Positions 11,102 through 20,778 of a stretch of 64,000 nt of DNA are shown here, one piece after another; position 1 is the stretch's first letter, and each line of letters begins with the position of its first letter. Under the pieces are notes generated by a model. The model made no database searches and was not told where the DNA came from. It saw only the letters and a program-made list of their open reading frames with translations. Source of the stretch: a bacterium (lineage in GTDB: Bacteria > SZUA-79 > Acidulodesulfobacterales > Acidulodesulfobacteraceae); contig JAJYJI010000003.1 of assembly GCA_021789605.1 (NCBI GenBank), forward strand, positions 36,450-100,449, read 5' to 3'. Both the position numbers and the translations under genes were made by a program.

Positions 11102-12202
11102 TTGGGAATAACTAATAAAACAAGGAAACGGGGTTCGTCTGCGGCGGTTAAAATGCGCGATACCTTTGGCGGCGTAAAAACAATCACTAAGGTTCCTAAA
11201 TCGCGGTTAATATCCGGCGGCGGGAAAGAAGCCGTCAGCATAGAAAAGATAGAACTGGAAGACATCGACCTTTTTAATAAATTTTCAAGCCCTTCCGCCA
11301 ATATAAAAGATATTATCGAAACCCAGTTTGAGGTGGATATATCCGTCAGAGGCAACGTATTGCTGATTAAGGGCAATGAAAATAATGCAAGGGCATGCGG
11401 CAGATTCATATATGACCTCTTAAGTTTATATAAAACAAACGTTCTTATTACGGATAGCGATTTAATCAGATTAGCCAAGCTGAAAATTGAGAATCCCGAA
11501 GCCAATATAGCCGCCCAGATTTATCCTTCCATCCTGGTAACTCCGCGAAAAAAGGTTATAGCTCCAAGAACTGCAAATCAAAAAAAATATACCGACGCAA
11601 TTTATAAAAACGATATAGTTATCGGCGTAGGGCCTGCCGGAACCGGCAAAACATACCTTGCCATGGCATGCGCCATTGCATTATTTCAAAGAAAACTGTT
11701 CGACAGGATAATTTTAACGCGTCCCGCCGTCGAAGCAGGCGAGAAATTAGGATTTCTTCCCGGAGACATTTCGCAGAAAATTAATCCTTATTTAAGGCCT
11801 CTGTACGACGCCCTTTACGAGATGTTCGAGTTCGAGAAAGCGCTTAAGCTTATAGAAACCGACGTTATAGAGGTCGCCCCTATAGCCTTTATGAGAGGCA
11901 GAACCCTTAATAATTCTTTTATTATATTGGACGAAGCGCAAAACGCCACAAACGAACAGATGAAGATGATGCTTACAAGAATAGGCGCCGGCTCCAAGAT
12001 TGTCGTAAACGGCGATATAACCCAGACAGATTTGCCTGCCGGCAAGGAATCCGGACTTGTTGCGGCAAGTAAAATCCTGAGGAATATTGAGGGAATAGAA
12101 ATCGTAAATTTTAAAGGAACGGACGTATTAAGGCATAAACTTGTCCAAAATATAATAAAAGCTTATGAAGCGAACGAAATTCCTAGAATTTCTAAAAAAT
12201 AA
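11102..12202 (+). CDS. phoH: PhoH-like ATPase with N-terminal KH-like extension
   Basis: Has Walker A GVGPAGTGKTYLAM, ILDEAQN, and the conserved FLPGD and AFMRGRTL PhoH motifs. The TTG start at 11102 is poorly spaced from the AAGGAG at 11080, and the ATG at 11153 is an alternative. Confidence 0.88.
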   Translation: MGITNKTRKRGSSAAVKMRDTFGGVKTITKVPKSRLISGGGKEAVSIEKIELEDIDLFNKFSSPSANIKDIIETQFEVDISVRGNVLLIKGNENNARACGRFIYDLLSLYKTNVLITDSDLIRLAKLKIENPEANIAAQIYPSILVTPRKKVIAPRTANQKKYTDAIYKNDIVIGVGPAGTGKTYLAMACAIALFQRKLFDRIILTRPAVEAGEKLGFLPGDISQKINPYLRPLYDALYEMFEFEKALKLIETDVIEVAPIAFMRGRTLNNSFIILDEAQNATNEQMKMMLTRIGAGSKIVVNGDITQTDLPAGKESGLVAASKILRNIEGIEIVNFKGTDVLRHKLVQNIIKAYEANEIPRISKK

Positions 12203-14483
12203 CACTTTAGAAATCAAAAGCCGATATTCTTCTCTTTTAGGACTGCTTTTAATATCCGCCGTATTTTTAACATTTTTGCTTTATAACGGGGTGGAGTTCA
12301 TAAAGAACAAATATAAAGCCGGAGAGATATCTACAAAAACCATAATAGCAAAAAAAGATTTCAGGTATATAAATACCAAGGCGACCGATGCCGTTTTAAA
12401 AAACAAAATTAGAAACAGCCCCGACGTTTATTTATATTATCCTGAAGTTAAAACGACGGTATCGAGAAGAATCATAAGAGCTTTTTCCCTTGCGAGGGCT
12501 TATAAGTCAAGCCATGCGCCGAACCTTAAAAATATGGAATTGTCCGAAAGTATTTTTGCTTCAAAACTGGGCATTGATTTGGGTAAGGCCGCTCAAGACG
12601 GGTTTTACTTCCTGAATTACAATAAAAATATCGAATCGTATGTTTTAAATATAGTTTCAAGTATTTATAAAAGAGGAGTTCTCTCTAAAACGCCTCCCGC
12701 CAATAAAAACATAGAAATAAACAATGTAATAACAAACAGGTTAAAGCTTATAGGTTATCCCCAGATATTTTTTACTTTGAAAAAAGAAAAAGGTTTTGCA
12801 TATTACTACACTAGAAAGTATCTCGGTTTTTTACCGCTTTATATGCAAAACGATATATACAAGCTGGTTTACCGCGTCATAAAACCCGATATCGTATATT
12901 CAAGGTATCTTACCCTAAAAAAAATAGAAAATATAAAGAAAGAAAATAAGCCTATTTATATCCATATAAACGAGGGAATGCTTTTGGCAAGTTCAGGGCA
13001 GCTTCTTACTAAATCAAAAGCTCTCGAATTAAATACGTATGAGGCCAAATTTAAACTAAAAAACAATATTCCTTCCCTCGTGGGATTATTTTTCCTTATA
13101 GTTATGCTTTTGTCCCTTTCTTACGTGTTCCCGTATAAATATATAAGAAAATTCAGGACGTCCGTGGATTTTAAAAATATCGTCTTTATTATCGCCGTTT
13201 TAGTGTCTTCCATTCTTATAATTAAAACCGGAATTATTTTTTCCAACGCGTTGTCTATGTATTTTCCGTTTATAAACAAAAACGATATTTACTATTTAAT
13301 CCCGTTTGCGTTCGGACCTATGCTGATAAGAATAATATTAAATTCAGAGGTTTCGGTAGTTTATATAGCGCTTTTTTCTATTTTAACCTCGATAATTTTT
13401 AAAAATTCTATTTTATTTATGATATATGCCTTCGGAGGCAGTTTTATAGCTTCTTACGAAGTTTTCGACTTTTCTTCATGGAGCCGCGTCGTTAAAGCGG
13501 GGGTCGTTACGGGGTTTTTAAATAGTTTTATGGTTCTGGCTTTTGCTCTGGTCGGGCTGAACCTTATAAATATACAGAATATTTACGGCGTTATTCTGGC
13601 GTTTTTATCCGGAATTATTTCGTCGATTATGGTTATAGGGTTGATACCCTTATTGGAAAGGATTTTCGGTTTTACCACCGATTTTAAACTTTTAGAACTT
13701 TCAGGTTCGAATCATCCGCTATTAAGGCAGTTTTCCATCGTTGCGCCAGGAACTTACCAGCATTCGGTAATGGTAGCGGCGTTAGCGGAATCGGCGGCTT
13801 CGTCGGTCGGCGCAAACCCCCTTCTTGCAAGAGTCGCAAGCCTTTATCACGATATAGGAAAAATCGCCAAGCCAAACTATTTTATAGAAAATATGGCAAA
13901 TTCCGAGAATCCCCACGATAAACTTGCTCCGACTATGAGCAGCCTCATTATAGCGTCTCACGTCAAAGACGGACAGGAGCTTGCAAGAAAATACAAATTG
14001 GGCGACAAGGTCGAAAGCATAATCGGCCAGCATCATGGAACGTCTATGATAGGGGCTTTTTACGAAAAAGCCTTTAAGGAGAATAAAGAAGGCAGTCTTT
14101 CCAAAGATACTTTCAGATATAACGGCAAAAAACCGCAGACTAAGGAAGCCGGCATAATTATGCTTGCGGATTCCGTCGAAGCTATATCCAGAACGATGAC
14201 CAATATTTCCCCTTCGAGGCTGGAACTAATGGTCAGAAAGACGATAAACAGAATTTACAGCGACGGACAGCTTGACGAATGCGAACTTACGTTAAAAGAC
14301 CTTCACTCCATAGGAGACGCTTTCGTGAAGGTTTTAAATTCGGTTTTTCACCAAAGAATTCCTTATGCCGGCAAATCTACCGAGGAAGATGATAGCGATG
14401 AAGGGAAAGAAATCTATAATAAATATAGCGAATATCCAAAGAAAGTCGAAAATAAACCAAAAGTCAGTCCGTTATATCGTTAA
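12165..14483 (+). CDS. 7TM-receptor / HDIG-domain phosphohydrolase (PgpH/YqfF family)
   Basis: Comprises a large extracytoplasmic N-domain, about 7 TM helices, and an HD domain (HSVMVAALAE ... LYHDIGK ... SHVKDG ... QHHG). It holds the conserved position between phoH and ybeY. Confidence 0.87.
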   Translation: MKRTKFLEFLKNNTLEIKSRYSSLLGLLLISAVFLTFLLYNGVEFIKNKYKAGEISTKTIIAKKDFRYINTKATDAVLKNKIRNSPDVYLYYPEVKTTVSRRIIRAFSLARAYKSSHAPNLKNMELSESIFASKLGIDLGKAAQDGFYFLNYNKNIESYVLNIVSSIYKRGVLSKTPPANKNIEINNVITNRLKLIGYPQIFFTLKKEKGFAYYYTRKYLGFLPLYMQNDIYKLVYRVIKPDIVYSRYLTLKKIENIKKENKPIYIHINEGMLLASSGQLLTKSKALELNTYEAKFKLKNNIPSLVGLFFLIVMLLSLSYVFPYKYIRKFRTSVDFKNIVFIIAVLVSSILIIKTGIIFSNALSMYFPFINKNDIYYLIPFAFGPMLIRIILNSEVSVVYIALFSILTSIIFKNSILFMIYAFGGSFIASYEVFDFSSWSRVVKAGVVTGFLNSFMVLAFALVGLNLINIQNIYGVILAFLSGIISSIMVIGLIPLLERIFGFTTDFKLLELSGSNHPLLRQFSIVAPGTYQHSVMVAALAESAASSVGANPLLARVASLYHDIGKIAKPNYFIENMANSENPHDKLAPTMSSLIIASHVKDGQELARKYKLGDKVESIIGQHHGTSMIGAFYEKAFKENKEGSLSKDTFRYNGKKPQTKEAGIIMLADSVEAISRTMTNISPSRLELMVRKTINRIYSDGQLDECELTLKDLHSIGDAFVKVLNSVFHQRIPYAGKSTEEDDSDEGKEIYNKYSEYPKKVENKPKVSPLYR

Positions 14484-14925
14484 GAAGTCCATAGAAAATC
14501 TTTATTGCGGCTCTTACGAAATCGGCATTGTTTTTTGCTCTCCCGCGTATATAAAAAAATTAAATAAGGCTTACAGAAATAAAGATAATCCGACCGACGT
14601 CCTGTCTTTTGAACTTAAAGAATGGACGGGAGATATTTTTCATATAGGGGAAATTTATATAGCCCCGTCCGTCGCCGGCGATAACTTTTTTAGATACGAA
14701 CATTTTTGGGAGAAGGACGAATGGGTCCTTCCCCAAAGCGAAAATAAGGCCAGAACTTATATAAACGGATTAAACAAAGAACTCTCGCTTTTAATAATAC
14801 ACGGTATTCTGCATCTTTTCGGATACATGCATGACGAAGAGCATAAAATTGGCATAGAAGACGCCGGCTACGACATAGATATGAAACGCATGCAGAATTT
14901 TATGTATAAAGAGTTATTAAGATAA
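14398..14925 (+). CDS. ybeY: Endoribonuclease YbeY (rRNA maturation factor)
   Basis: Has PTDVLSFE and the zinc motif HGILHLFGYMH. I chose the ATG at 14398 (MKGKKSIINIANIQ), which matches usual YbeY N-termini. The open frame extends back to 14365. Confidence 0.88.
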   Translation: MKGKKSIINIANIQRKSKINQKSVRYIVKKSIENLYCGSYEIGIVFCSPAYIKKLNKAYRNKDNPTDVLSFELKEWTGDIFHIGEIYIAPSVAGDNFFRYEHFWEKDEWVLPQSENKARTYINGLNKELSLLIIHGILHLFGYMHDEEHKIGIEDAGYDIDMKRMQNFMYKELLR

Positions 14926-14931
14926 TGCATT

Positions 14932-15639
14932 ATGAAACAAAGCCGCCAGAGCTTTTTGGAATCTTTTAACGCAGCTATCGAAGGCGTAATATTGGCAACA
15001 AAGACGGAAAAAAACATGAAAATCCACTTTGTTGCGGCCATTTGCGCAATCTTGCTCGCCCTTTTTTTAAGGATGCCCAAAATAGACGTTCTTCTCATAA
15101 TCGTTTCGGTATTTTCGGTCTTGTTTGCGGAGATTTTTAATACCTCGATAGAATATTTAGCGGATTTCGTATCTAAAGAATATTCCCCAAAAATTGCGGC
15201 AATAAAAAATTTAGCCGCGGGGGCGGTTCTTTTATCTTCTTTCGGTTCTTTTGCGGTAGGATATATAATATTTTCAAAATATCTTTATTATATGATATAC
15301 TATTTCTTGCTTATGATAAAAACCGCAGGTTCCGATATCGCAATAATAGTCGTTTCTGTCGTTTTCGTCTTCGTGATAATTATAAAGGCCGCATTTAATA
15401 AAGGAACCCCATTAAGGGGCGGGTTCCCCAGCGGGCATGCCGCAGTCGCTTTTTCTATATGGCTTATGGTTTCCCTGCTGACCTTAAATCCCGTGGCCTC
15501 GCTTCTTACCTTTATTCTGGCGTTTCTGGTCGCGTTGTCCAGAATAAACAGCGGTATTCATACAAGCTCTGAGGTCTTTGCCGGCGGCCTCGCGGGCATT
15601 CTGATAACGGCTTTAATATTTAAACTGTTTTATTTTTAA
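14932..15639 (+). CDS. dgkA: Fusion of DgkA-family lipid kinase (N-terminal) with a PAP2 acid-phosphatase-family domain (C-terminal)
   Basis: The N-terminal half matches prokaryotic diacylglycerol/undecaprenol kinase (FNAAIEGV..., AEIFNTSIE, IKNLAAGAVLL). The C-terminal half carries the PAP2 motifs PSGH (15427-15438) and SRINSGIHTSSE (15538-15573). Confidence 0.8.
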   Translation: MKQSRQSFLESFNAAIEGVILATKTEKNMKIHFVAAICAILLALFLRMPKIDVLLIIVSVFSVLFAEIFNTSIEYLADFVSKEYSPKIAAIKNLAAGAVLLSSFGSFAVGYIIFSKYLYYMIYYFLLMIKTAGSDIAIIVVSVVFVFVIIIKAAFNKGTPLRGGFPSGHAAVAFSIWLMVSLLTLNPVASLLTFILAFLVALSRINSGIHTSSEVFAGGLAGILITALIFKLFYF

Positions 15640-15662
15640 TTTCAAGATATAAAGGGAAATTT

Positions 15663-16490
15663 ATGCAGGATGAAAAAATTTTGGAACTTAAAGAATTAGT
15701 ATCTATAGTTAAAAAATTGCGCTCTAAAGAAGGATGCCCGTGGGACGGGAAGCAGACGGAAGAAACGCTCAAGCCTTATGTGATAGAAGAAGCTTACGAG
15801 GTGGTCGATGCGATAAGTTCCGGCAATAAATCCGAAATAATGGAAGAACTTGGGGATTTGCTGCTTCAGGTCGTTTTTTTATCCGATATTTATGAAGAAA
15901 AAAATGAGTTTGCTTTAAGCGACGTCATTAAAACCGTTAACGAAAAATTAATAAGGAGGCATCCGCACGTTTTCGATAAAAGTTTTTCTTTAAAAGAAGG
16001 GGAGTGTTTCGAGGACGCAATTCTTAAAAATTGGGAAAGAATCAAAGGGGAAGAAAAAAAAGAAAAACTTAAAAACGATTCCGGCACAGCCGAGAAGCCT
16101 TCCGTTTACGTATCGGGAAGCATGCCGGCGCTTCACAGGGCGTATATGGTACAAGAAAAGGCTAAAAGACAGGGTTTTGATTTTAAAAATACAGGCGGCG
16201 CCATAGCTAAAATCGACGAGGAAATTTACGAACTTAAATCCGAACTTGAAAAAAAATCGCCCGAAAAATTAAATGAAGATAAAATCAAAGAAGAATACGG
16301 CGATATTTTGTTTTCGCTGGTTAATCTCGGGAGGTTTTTAAATATACATCCCTGCGGTGCGCTAAACGAATCCTCCGATAAATTCATTAAAAGGTTCGGC
16401 TATATGGAAAGAAACGCCTCTTCTCCAATTTCGGAAGCAGGCGAAGGCAGCCTCGACGCTTTATGGGAAGAATCGAAAAAAGTTTTATAA
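15663..16490 (+). CDS. mazG: Nucleoside triphosphate pyrophosphohydrolase MazG
   Basis: Has LRSKEGCPWDGKQT, EEAYEV, EELGDLLLQV and RRHPHVF, followed by a second MazG repeat (EEYGDILFSLVNLGR). Confidence 0.9.
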   Translation: MQDEKILELKELVSIVKKLRSKEGCPWDGKQTEETLKPYVIEEAYEVVDAISSGNKSEIMEELGDLLLQVVFLSDIYEEKNEFALSDVIKTVNEKLIRRHPHVFDKSFSLKEGECFEDAILKNWERIKGEEKKEKLKNDSGTAEKPSVYVSGSMPALHRAYMVQEKAKRQGFDFKNTGGAIAKIDEEIYELKSELEKKSPEKLNEDKIKEEYGDILFSLVNLGRFLNIHPCGALNESSDKFIKRFGYMERNASSPISEAGEGSLDALWEESKKVL

Positions 16491-18055
16491 TTAAGATGCC
16501 GAAAATCTCCGAAGAAAAATTGGTCAATATCGCCTTGGCAATTTTAACGGGCATATTATACGCCTTTTTGTTTCCGGATTTCAATCTCGAATTTCTTGCA
16601 TGGTTTTTTTTGCTCCCTCTTTTGTATTCGGTAAACAGAGCCAAAAATTTCAAAGAGTCCTTTTTATACGGTTTTATATCCGGCGTTACCGCGTACGTCG
16701 TCATTTTATACTGGATAGCCTATACGGTTCGCGTTTACGGCAACCTTTCCTATTACGAGGCCGTTTTCGCCCTTTTACTGCTTTCTTCTTATTTAGCCGT
16801 TTATATCGGTCTTTTTGCCGGTTTCGTCAAAATTCTGCTTAATAATTATAAAAAGTCGGGCATAATTTTAATTCCATCCTGCTGGGTCTTTTTTGAATTT
16901 TTAAAATCCAACCTTTTAACGGGATTTCCTTGGGAAAATTTGGGTTTTTCCCAATTCTTAAATATTCCTTTTATACAGATTTCCGGCGTAATCGGAGTTC
17001 TTGGGCTATCTTTCGTCATAGTCCTCATAAATTACGCCTTATTCAGCTTTATTTTTTTAAAAAATCAAATTTCAAGAAAGCAGGCGTTATCCGAACTATT
17101 TTTAGTTTTATCCGTTTTTATTGCGGTAGCATTATACGGCTACTATAATATTTATTCCTTAAATACTTCGCTTAAAGGGAAAAAGCCTATAAGAATCGCA
17201 TTGATTCAGGGTAATATCGGCATGTTCCAGAAATGGAGAATCACCAAAAGAAGAACTACGCGCATATATTTAAATTTATCGGAAAAAGCATTAAAATATA
17301 AGCCTCAAATCGTTATATGGCCCGAAACCGCTCTTCCCTATCCCGTTTTTGCATATCCTTATTACGAGAAAAAGGTCGAGGATTTCGCTGTAAGAAATAA
17401 AATAGGCCTGATTTTCGGATGCATAGGATTAAGGTTTTTTAACGGGAAATATCGTTATTATAACAGGGACTATATGTTCAATCCCGACGGCAAATATTCT
17501 TATTACGACAAGCATCATCTTGTTCCGTTCGGCGAGTATATACCTTTGCGCCGCCAATTCCCCTTTTTGGCCCATATTTTAAGGGGAGCAGGAATAGGCG
17601 GTTTCACTGCCGGCAAAAAGTTTAGGATTTTAAAGGAAAAAAATATAAGGATAGGTTCTATGATATGTTATGAAGCATATTTCGACTCGCTGGTAAGAAA
17701 ATTTTCAAAATACGGAGAAAACCTATTGATTAGCATTACCGACGACGCATGGTACGGAAGAACCTCCGCGCCGGAACAGGATATGGCCATGACAGTTTTT
17801 TCCGCCGTAGAAAACGGCAGGTATATAGCAAGAGCCGGAAATTCCGGCATAAGCGGCATAATATCCCCGGAAGGGAAAATTTTAGCGGAAACCGCAATTT
17901 TTAAAAGGACATATATCATAGGTTACGTAAAATTAATTAATAAAAAGACATTTTTTGCATTATATGGTAATATATTTACTTATATAATTAACGCCGTTTT
18001 CATATTATCGCTGGTATATTTATTAACGCGCAGGTTATTTTCGAAAAATATTTGA
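16463..18055 (+). CDS. lnt: Apolipoprotein N-acyltransferase
   Basis: Has a multi-TM N-terminus plus a CN-hydrolase domain (IVIWPETA, HLVPFGEYIP, ICYEAYF). An alternative non-overlapping start exists at 16496 (MPKISEE). Confidence 0.9.
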   Translation: MGRIEKSFIIKMPKISEEKLVNIALAILTGILYAFLFPDFNLEFLAWFFLLPLLYSVNRAKNFKESFLYGFISGVTAYVVILYWIAYTVRVYGNLSYYEAVFALLLLSSYLAVYIGLFAGFVKILLNNYKKSGIILIPSCWVFFEFLKSNLLTGFPWENLGFSQFLNIPFIQISGVIGVLGLSFVIVLINYALFSFIFLKNQISRKQALSELFLVLSVFIAVALYGYYNIYSLNTSLKGKKPIRIALIQGNIGMFQKWRITKRRTTRIYLNLSEKALKYKPQIVIWPETALPYPVFAYPYYEKKVEDFAVRNKIGLIFGCIGLRFFNGKYRYYNRDYMFNPDGKYSYYDKHHLVPFGEYIPLRRQFPFLAHILRGAGIGGFTAGKKFRILKEKNIRIGSMICYEAYFDSLVRKFSKYGENLLISITDDAWYGRTSAPEQDMAMTVFSAVENGRYIARAGNSGISGIISPEGKILAETAIFKRTYIIGYVKLINKKTFFALYGNIFTYIINAVFILSLVYLLTRRLFSKNI

Positions 18056-18076
18056 CGGAATAAAGGGGGTTTTCAG

Positions 18077-19220
18077 ATGCCTGATTCGCCGGCCGATGCC
18101 GTTTTGAACATCAGTCTTTTAGACAGAAGCATAAAGGGACTGAATGATAAATTAGAAAAAATACGGAGGATGCTTTGAAGTCTCCAAATTAGAAAACAGG
18201 CTGAAAGAAATAGACGAAATTTCCAAGGAAGAAGATTTTTATAAAAATATTTCTTATTCTAAGGAGATATTAATAGAAAAGTCAGGGATATCCAACAGGT
18301 TAAAGCCTTTTTACAACATATACGAAGAATTTAAAAATATTAAAGATTTATACGATATTTCTTTGGCGGAAAACGACGGAAAAATGCTGTCCGACATTTC
18401 GGATAACGTCAAATCGTTGGAAAAGGACGTTTTAGGCTTGGAAATGGGACTTACGCTTTCCGGTAAAGACGATAAGCTCAATTCAATCGTCGAAATTCAC
18501 GCAGGGTCCGGCGGAACAGAGTCTATGGATTTCGCCGGCATGCTTCTAAGAATGTATTTAAGATGGGCGGAACGAAAAAAATTTAAAACTACAATAATGG
18601 ATTATAACGCAGGCGAAGAAGCCGGCGTTAAAAGCGTTACTTTCGTAGTGCAGGGAAAATTTGCTTACGGTTATCTCAAAGCCGAAAGCGGGGTGCACAG
18701 GCTTGTAAGGATTTCGCCTTTCGATGCCAACAAAAGAAGGCATACGTCTTTCGCTTCGGTTTTTGTTTATCCGGAAATCGACGATTCCATCGATGTCGTT
18801 ATAGACGAAAAAGATTTAAAGATAGATACGTACAGGTCTAGCGGGGCGGGCGGACAGCATGTCAACACCACGGATTCGGCGGTAAGAATCACCCATATCC
18901 CTACAAACATTGTGGTCGCCTGCCAAAATGAAAGGTCTCAGCATAAAAATAAGGATTCCGCCTATAAACTTTTAAGAGCCAGGCTTTACGATTATTATAA
19001 AAAGAAAAAAGAAGAAGAAGAAGACAAGGTAAATAAAACTAAAAAAGAAATATCGTGGGGTTCTCAAATAAGGTCCTATACGCTAAATCCCAACCGCGTC
19101 ATAAAGGACCATAGAACGGGAGTAACCGTTTACGACGATAAGAGCGTTTTCGACGGGGACATAGACGAGTTTATAGGCGCATATCTGCTCGGAGCCGGCG
19201 CTAAAGGGCAAAGAGAATAG
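18077..19220 (+). CDS. prfB: Peptide chain release factor 2, needing a programmed +1 frameshift (frame 0 is 18077-18175, then the +1 frame is 18177-19220)
   Basis: A 33-codon frame-0 ORF ends in CTT TGA at 18173-18178. The +1 frame then continues as EVSKLENRLKEIDE... and is contiguous with the tracked ORF 18363-19220. The RF2 SPF motif (RISPFD) and GGQ motif (SGAGGQHVN) are both present. Confidence 0.93.
18165..18179 (+). promoter_or_regulatory. prfB +1 frameshift site: internal Shine-Dalgarno-like GGAGG, then ATG CTT TGA A
   Basis: The sequence cGGAGGatgCTTTGAa has the same architecture as the classical RF2 autoregulatory site, with a Shine-Dalgarno-like element 3 nt upstream of the CTT-TGA slippery/stop context. 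Confidence 0.88.
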
Positions 19221-19287
19221 CAAAATACGGCAAAATGTAAAGAGCGGCATCCGTTTTAAACCGGGCGCCGGCTCACGGGAGGATGTT

Positions 19288-20778
19288 TTGGAACAGGAAT
19301 TAAACATTATAGAAAAAAACCGTTTGGATAAATTAAAGAAATTAAAAGAAAACGGCATCGAACCTTTTTCCAACGGTTTTAAAAAAAAGGAAAATATAAA
19401 AGATATTTTATCCAAATACGGAAATAACGATAAAGAATTTTTTGAAAACAATATAATCCCGGCCGAAACGGCGGGCAGGATAATCATCGTAAGGAGTTTC
19501 GGAAAAGCGTCTTTTTTCAGGCTGAGGGACGGGTCGGGAGAAATTCAGTGCTATATACAGAAAAGCGAGGTTTCGGCGGAAGATTTCGAACTCTTTAACG
19601 AATATATCGATGCCGGCGATATCTGCGCGGTAAGCGGGCATCTTTTCAGGACAAAAACGAACGAACTGACCATAAAAACAGAACATATATCAATTCTTAC
19701 CAAATCTGTTCTGCCTCTGCCGGAAAAGTGGCACGGGCTTAAAGATATAGAAGCCAGATTCAGAAAAAGATACGTAGATTTAATCGCGAACGGAGAAGTA
19801 AGGGAAATTTTCAGAAAAAGAGCCGAAGCCGTTAATTTTATCAGGTCTTTTCTGGATTCCTACGGTTTCTTAGAAGTAGAAACCCCGATTATGCAGTCTA
19901 ATCCCGGAGGCGCGACTGCAAGGCCGTTCAAAACGCATCATAACGCCCTGAATTTAGAACTTTATATGCGGATAGCGCCGGAACTATATTTAAAAAGGCT
20001 GGTCGTCGGCGGATTCGACAGAGTTTACGAAATTGGAAGAAATTTCAGAAACGAAGGCATATCGCTAAAACATAATCCCGAATTTACCATGCTTGAGTTT
20101 TACTCGGCATATTCCACTTACGAAGATTTAATGGTTTTTGTTGAAACAATGCTGTCGGAATTGACAAACCGCATCCGCGGTTCGTTTGAAATAGACTACG
20201 GCAGCGAAAGGCTTAATTTTAAACCTCCCTTTAAAAGAATAAAGCTAATCGACAGCCTTTACGCCGTAGCCGGATTTAAACCCGAAGAGATAGACTCTCC
20301 CTCTAAGGTTTATACCATTCTCAGAAGGAGAAATACTTCCGGCGTTAGCGAAACAGACAGCCTCGGCGAATTGTTGACCATTTTATTCGACGAAACCGTA
20401 GAGCCAAAACTTATTGACCCCACTTTTATAACGGAATACCCGATAGAAAGTTCGCCTTTGGCCAGAAGAAACGATAAGGACGGGTCCGTCGCCGACAGGT
20501 TCGAGCTGTTCATAGCGGGCAGGGAAATAGGCAACGCGTTTTCAGAACTTAACGACCCTTTCGACCAGGAAGAAAGGTTTAAACTACAGATAGACTCAAA
20601 AATTAAAGAAGGGCTTCCGGCGGATATGGACGAAGATTACGTCGAGGCGCTTAAATACGGCCTTCCGCCTACCGCGGGATGCGGCATTGGCATAGACAGA
20701 ATCGTCATGCTTCTTACAAATTCACATTCCATCAGAGACGTCGTATTGTTTCCGCTCCTTAAACCTTTAAACAGATGA
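19288..20778 (+). CDS. lysS: Lysine--tRNA ligase (class II)
   Basis: TTG start 5 nt after a GGGAGGA Shine-Dalgarno. Has an OB-fold N-domain and class II motifs (GGFDRVYEIGRNFRNEG, GCGIGIDRIVM). The prfB-lysS linkage is conserved. Confidence 0.95.
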   Translation: MEQELNIIEKNRLDKLKKLKENGIEPFSNGFKKKENIKDILSKYGNNDKEFFENNIIPAETAGRIIIVRSFGKASFFRLRDGSGEIQCYIQKSEVSAEDFELFNEYIDAGDICAVSGHLFRTKTNELTIKTEHISILTKSVLPLPEKWHGLKDIEARFRKRYVDLIANGEVREIFRKRAEAVNFIRSFLDSYGFLEVETPIMQSNPGGATARPFKTHHNALNLELYMRIAPELYLKRLVVGGFDRVYEIGRNFRNEGISLKHNPEFTMLEFYSAYSTYEDLMVFVETMLSELTNRIRGSFEIDYGSERLNFKPPFKRIKLIDSLYAVAGFKPEEIDSPSKVYTILRRRNTSGVSETDSLGELLTILFDETVEPKLIDPTFITEYPIESSPLARRNDKDGSVADRFELFIAGREIGNAFSELNDPFDQEERFKLQIDSKIKEGLPADMDEDYVEALKYGLPPTAGCGIGIDRIVMLLTNSHSIRDVVLFPLLKPLNR

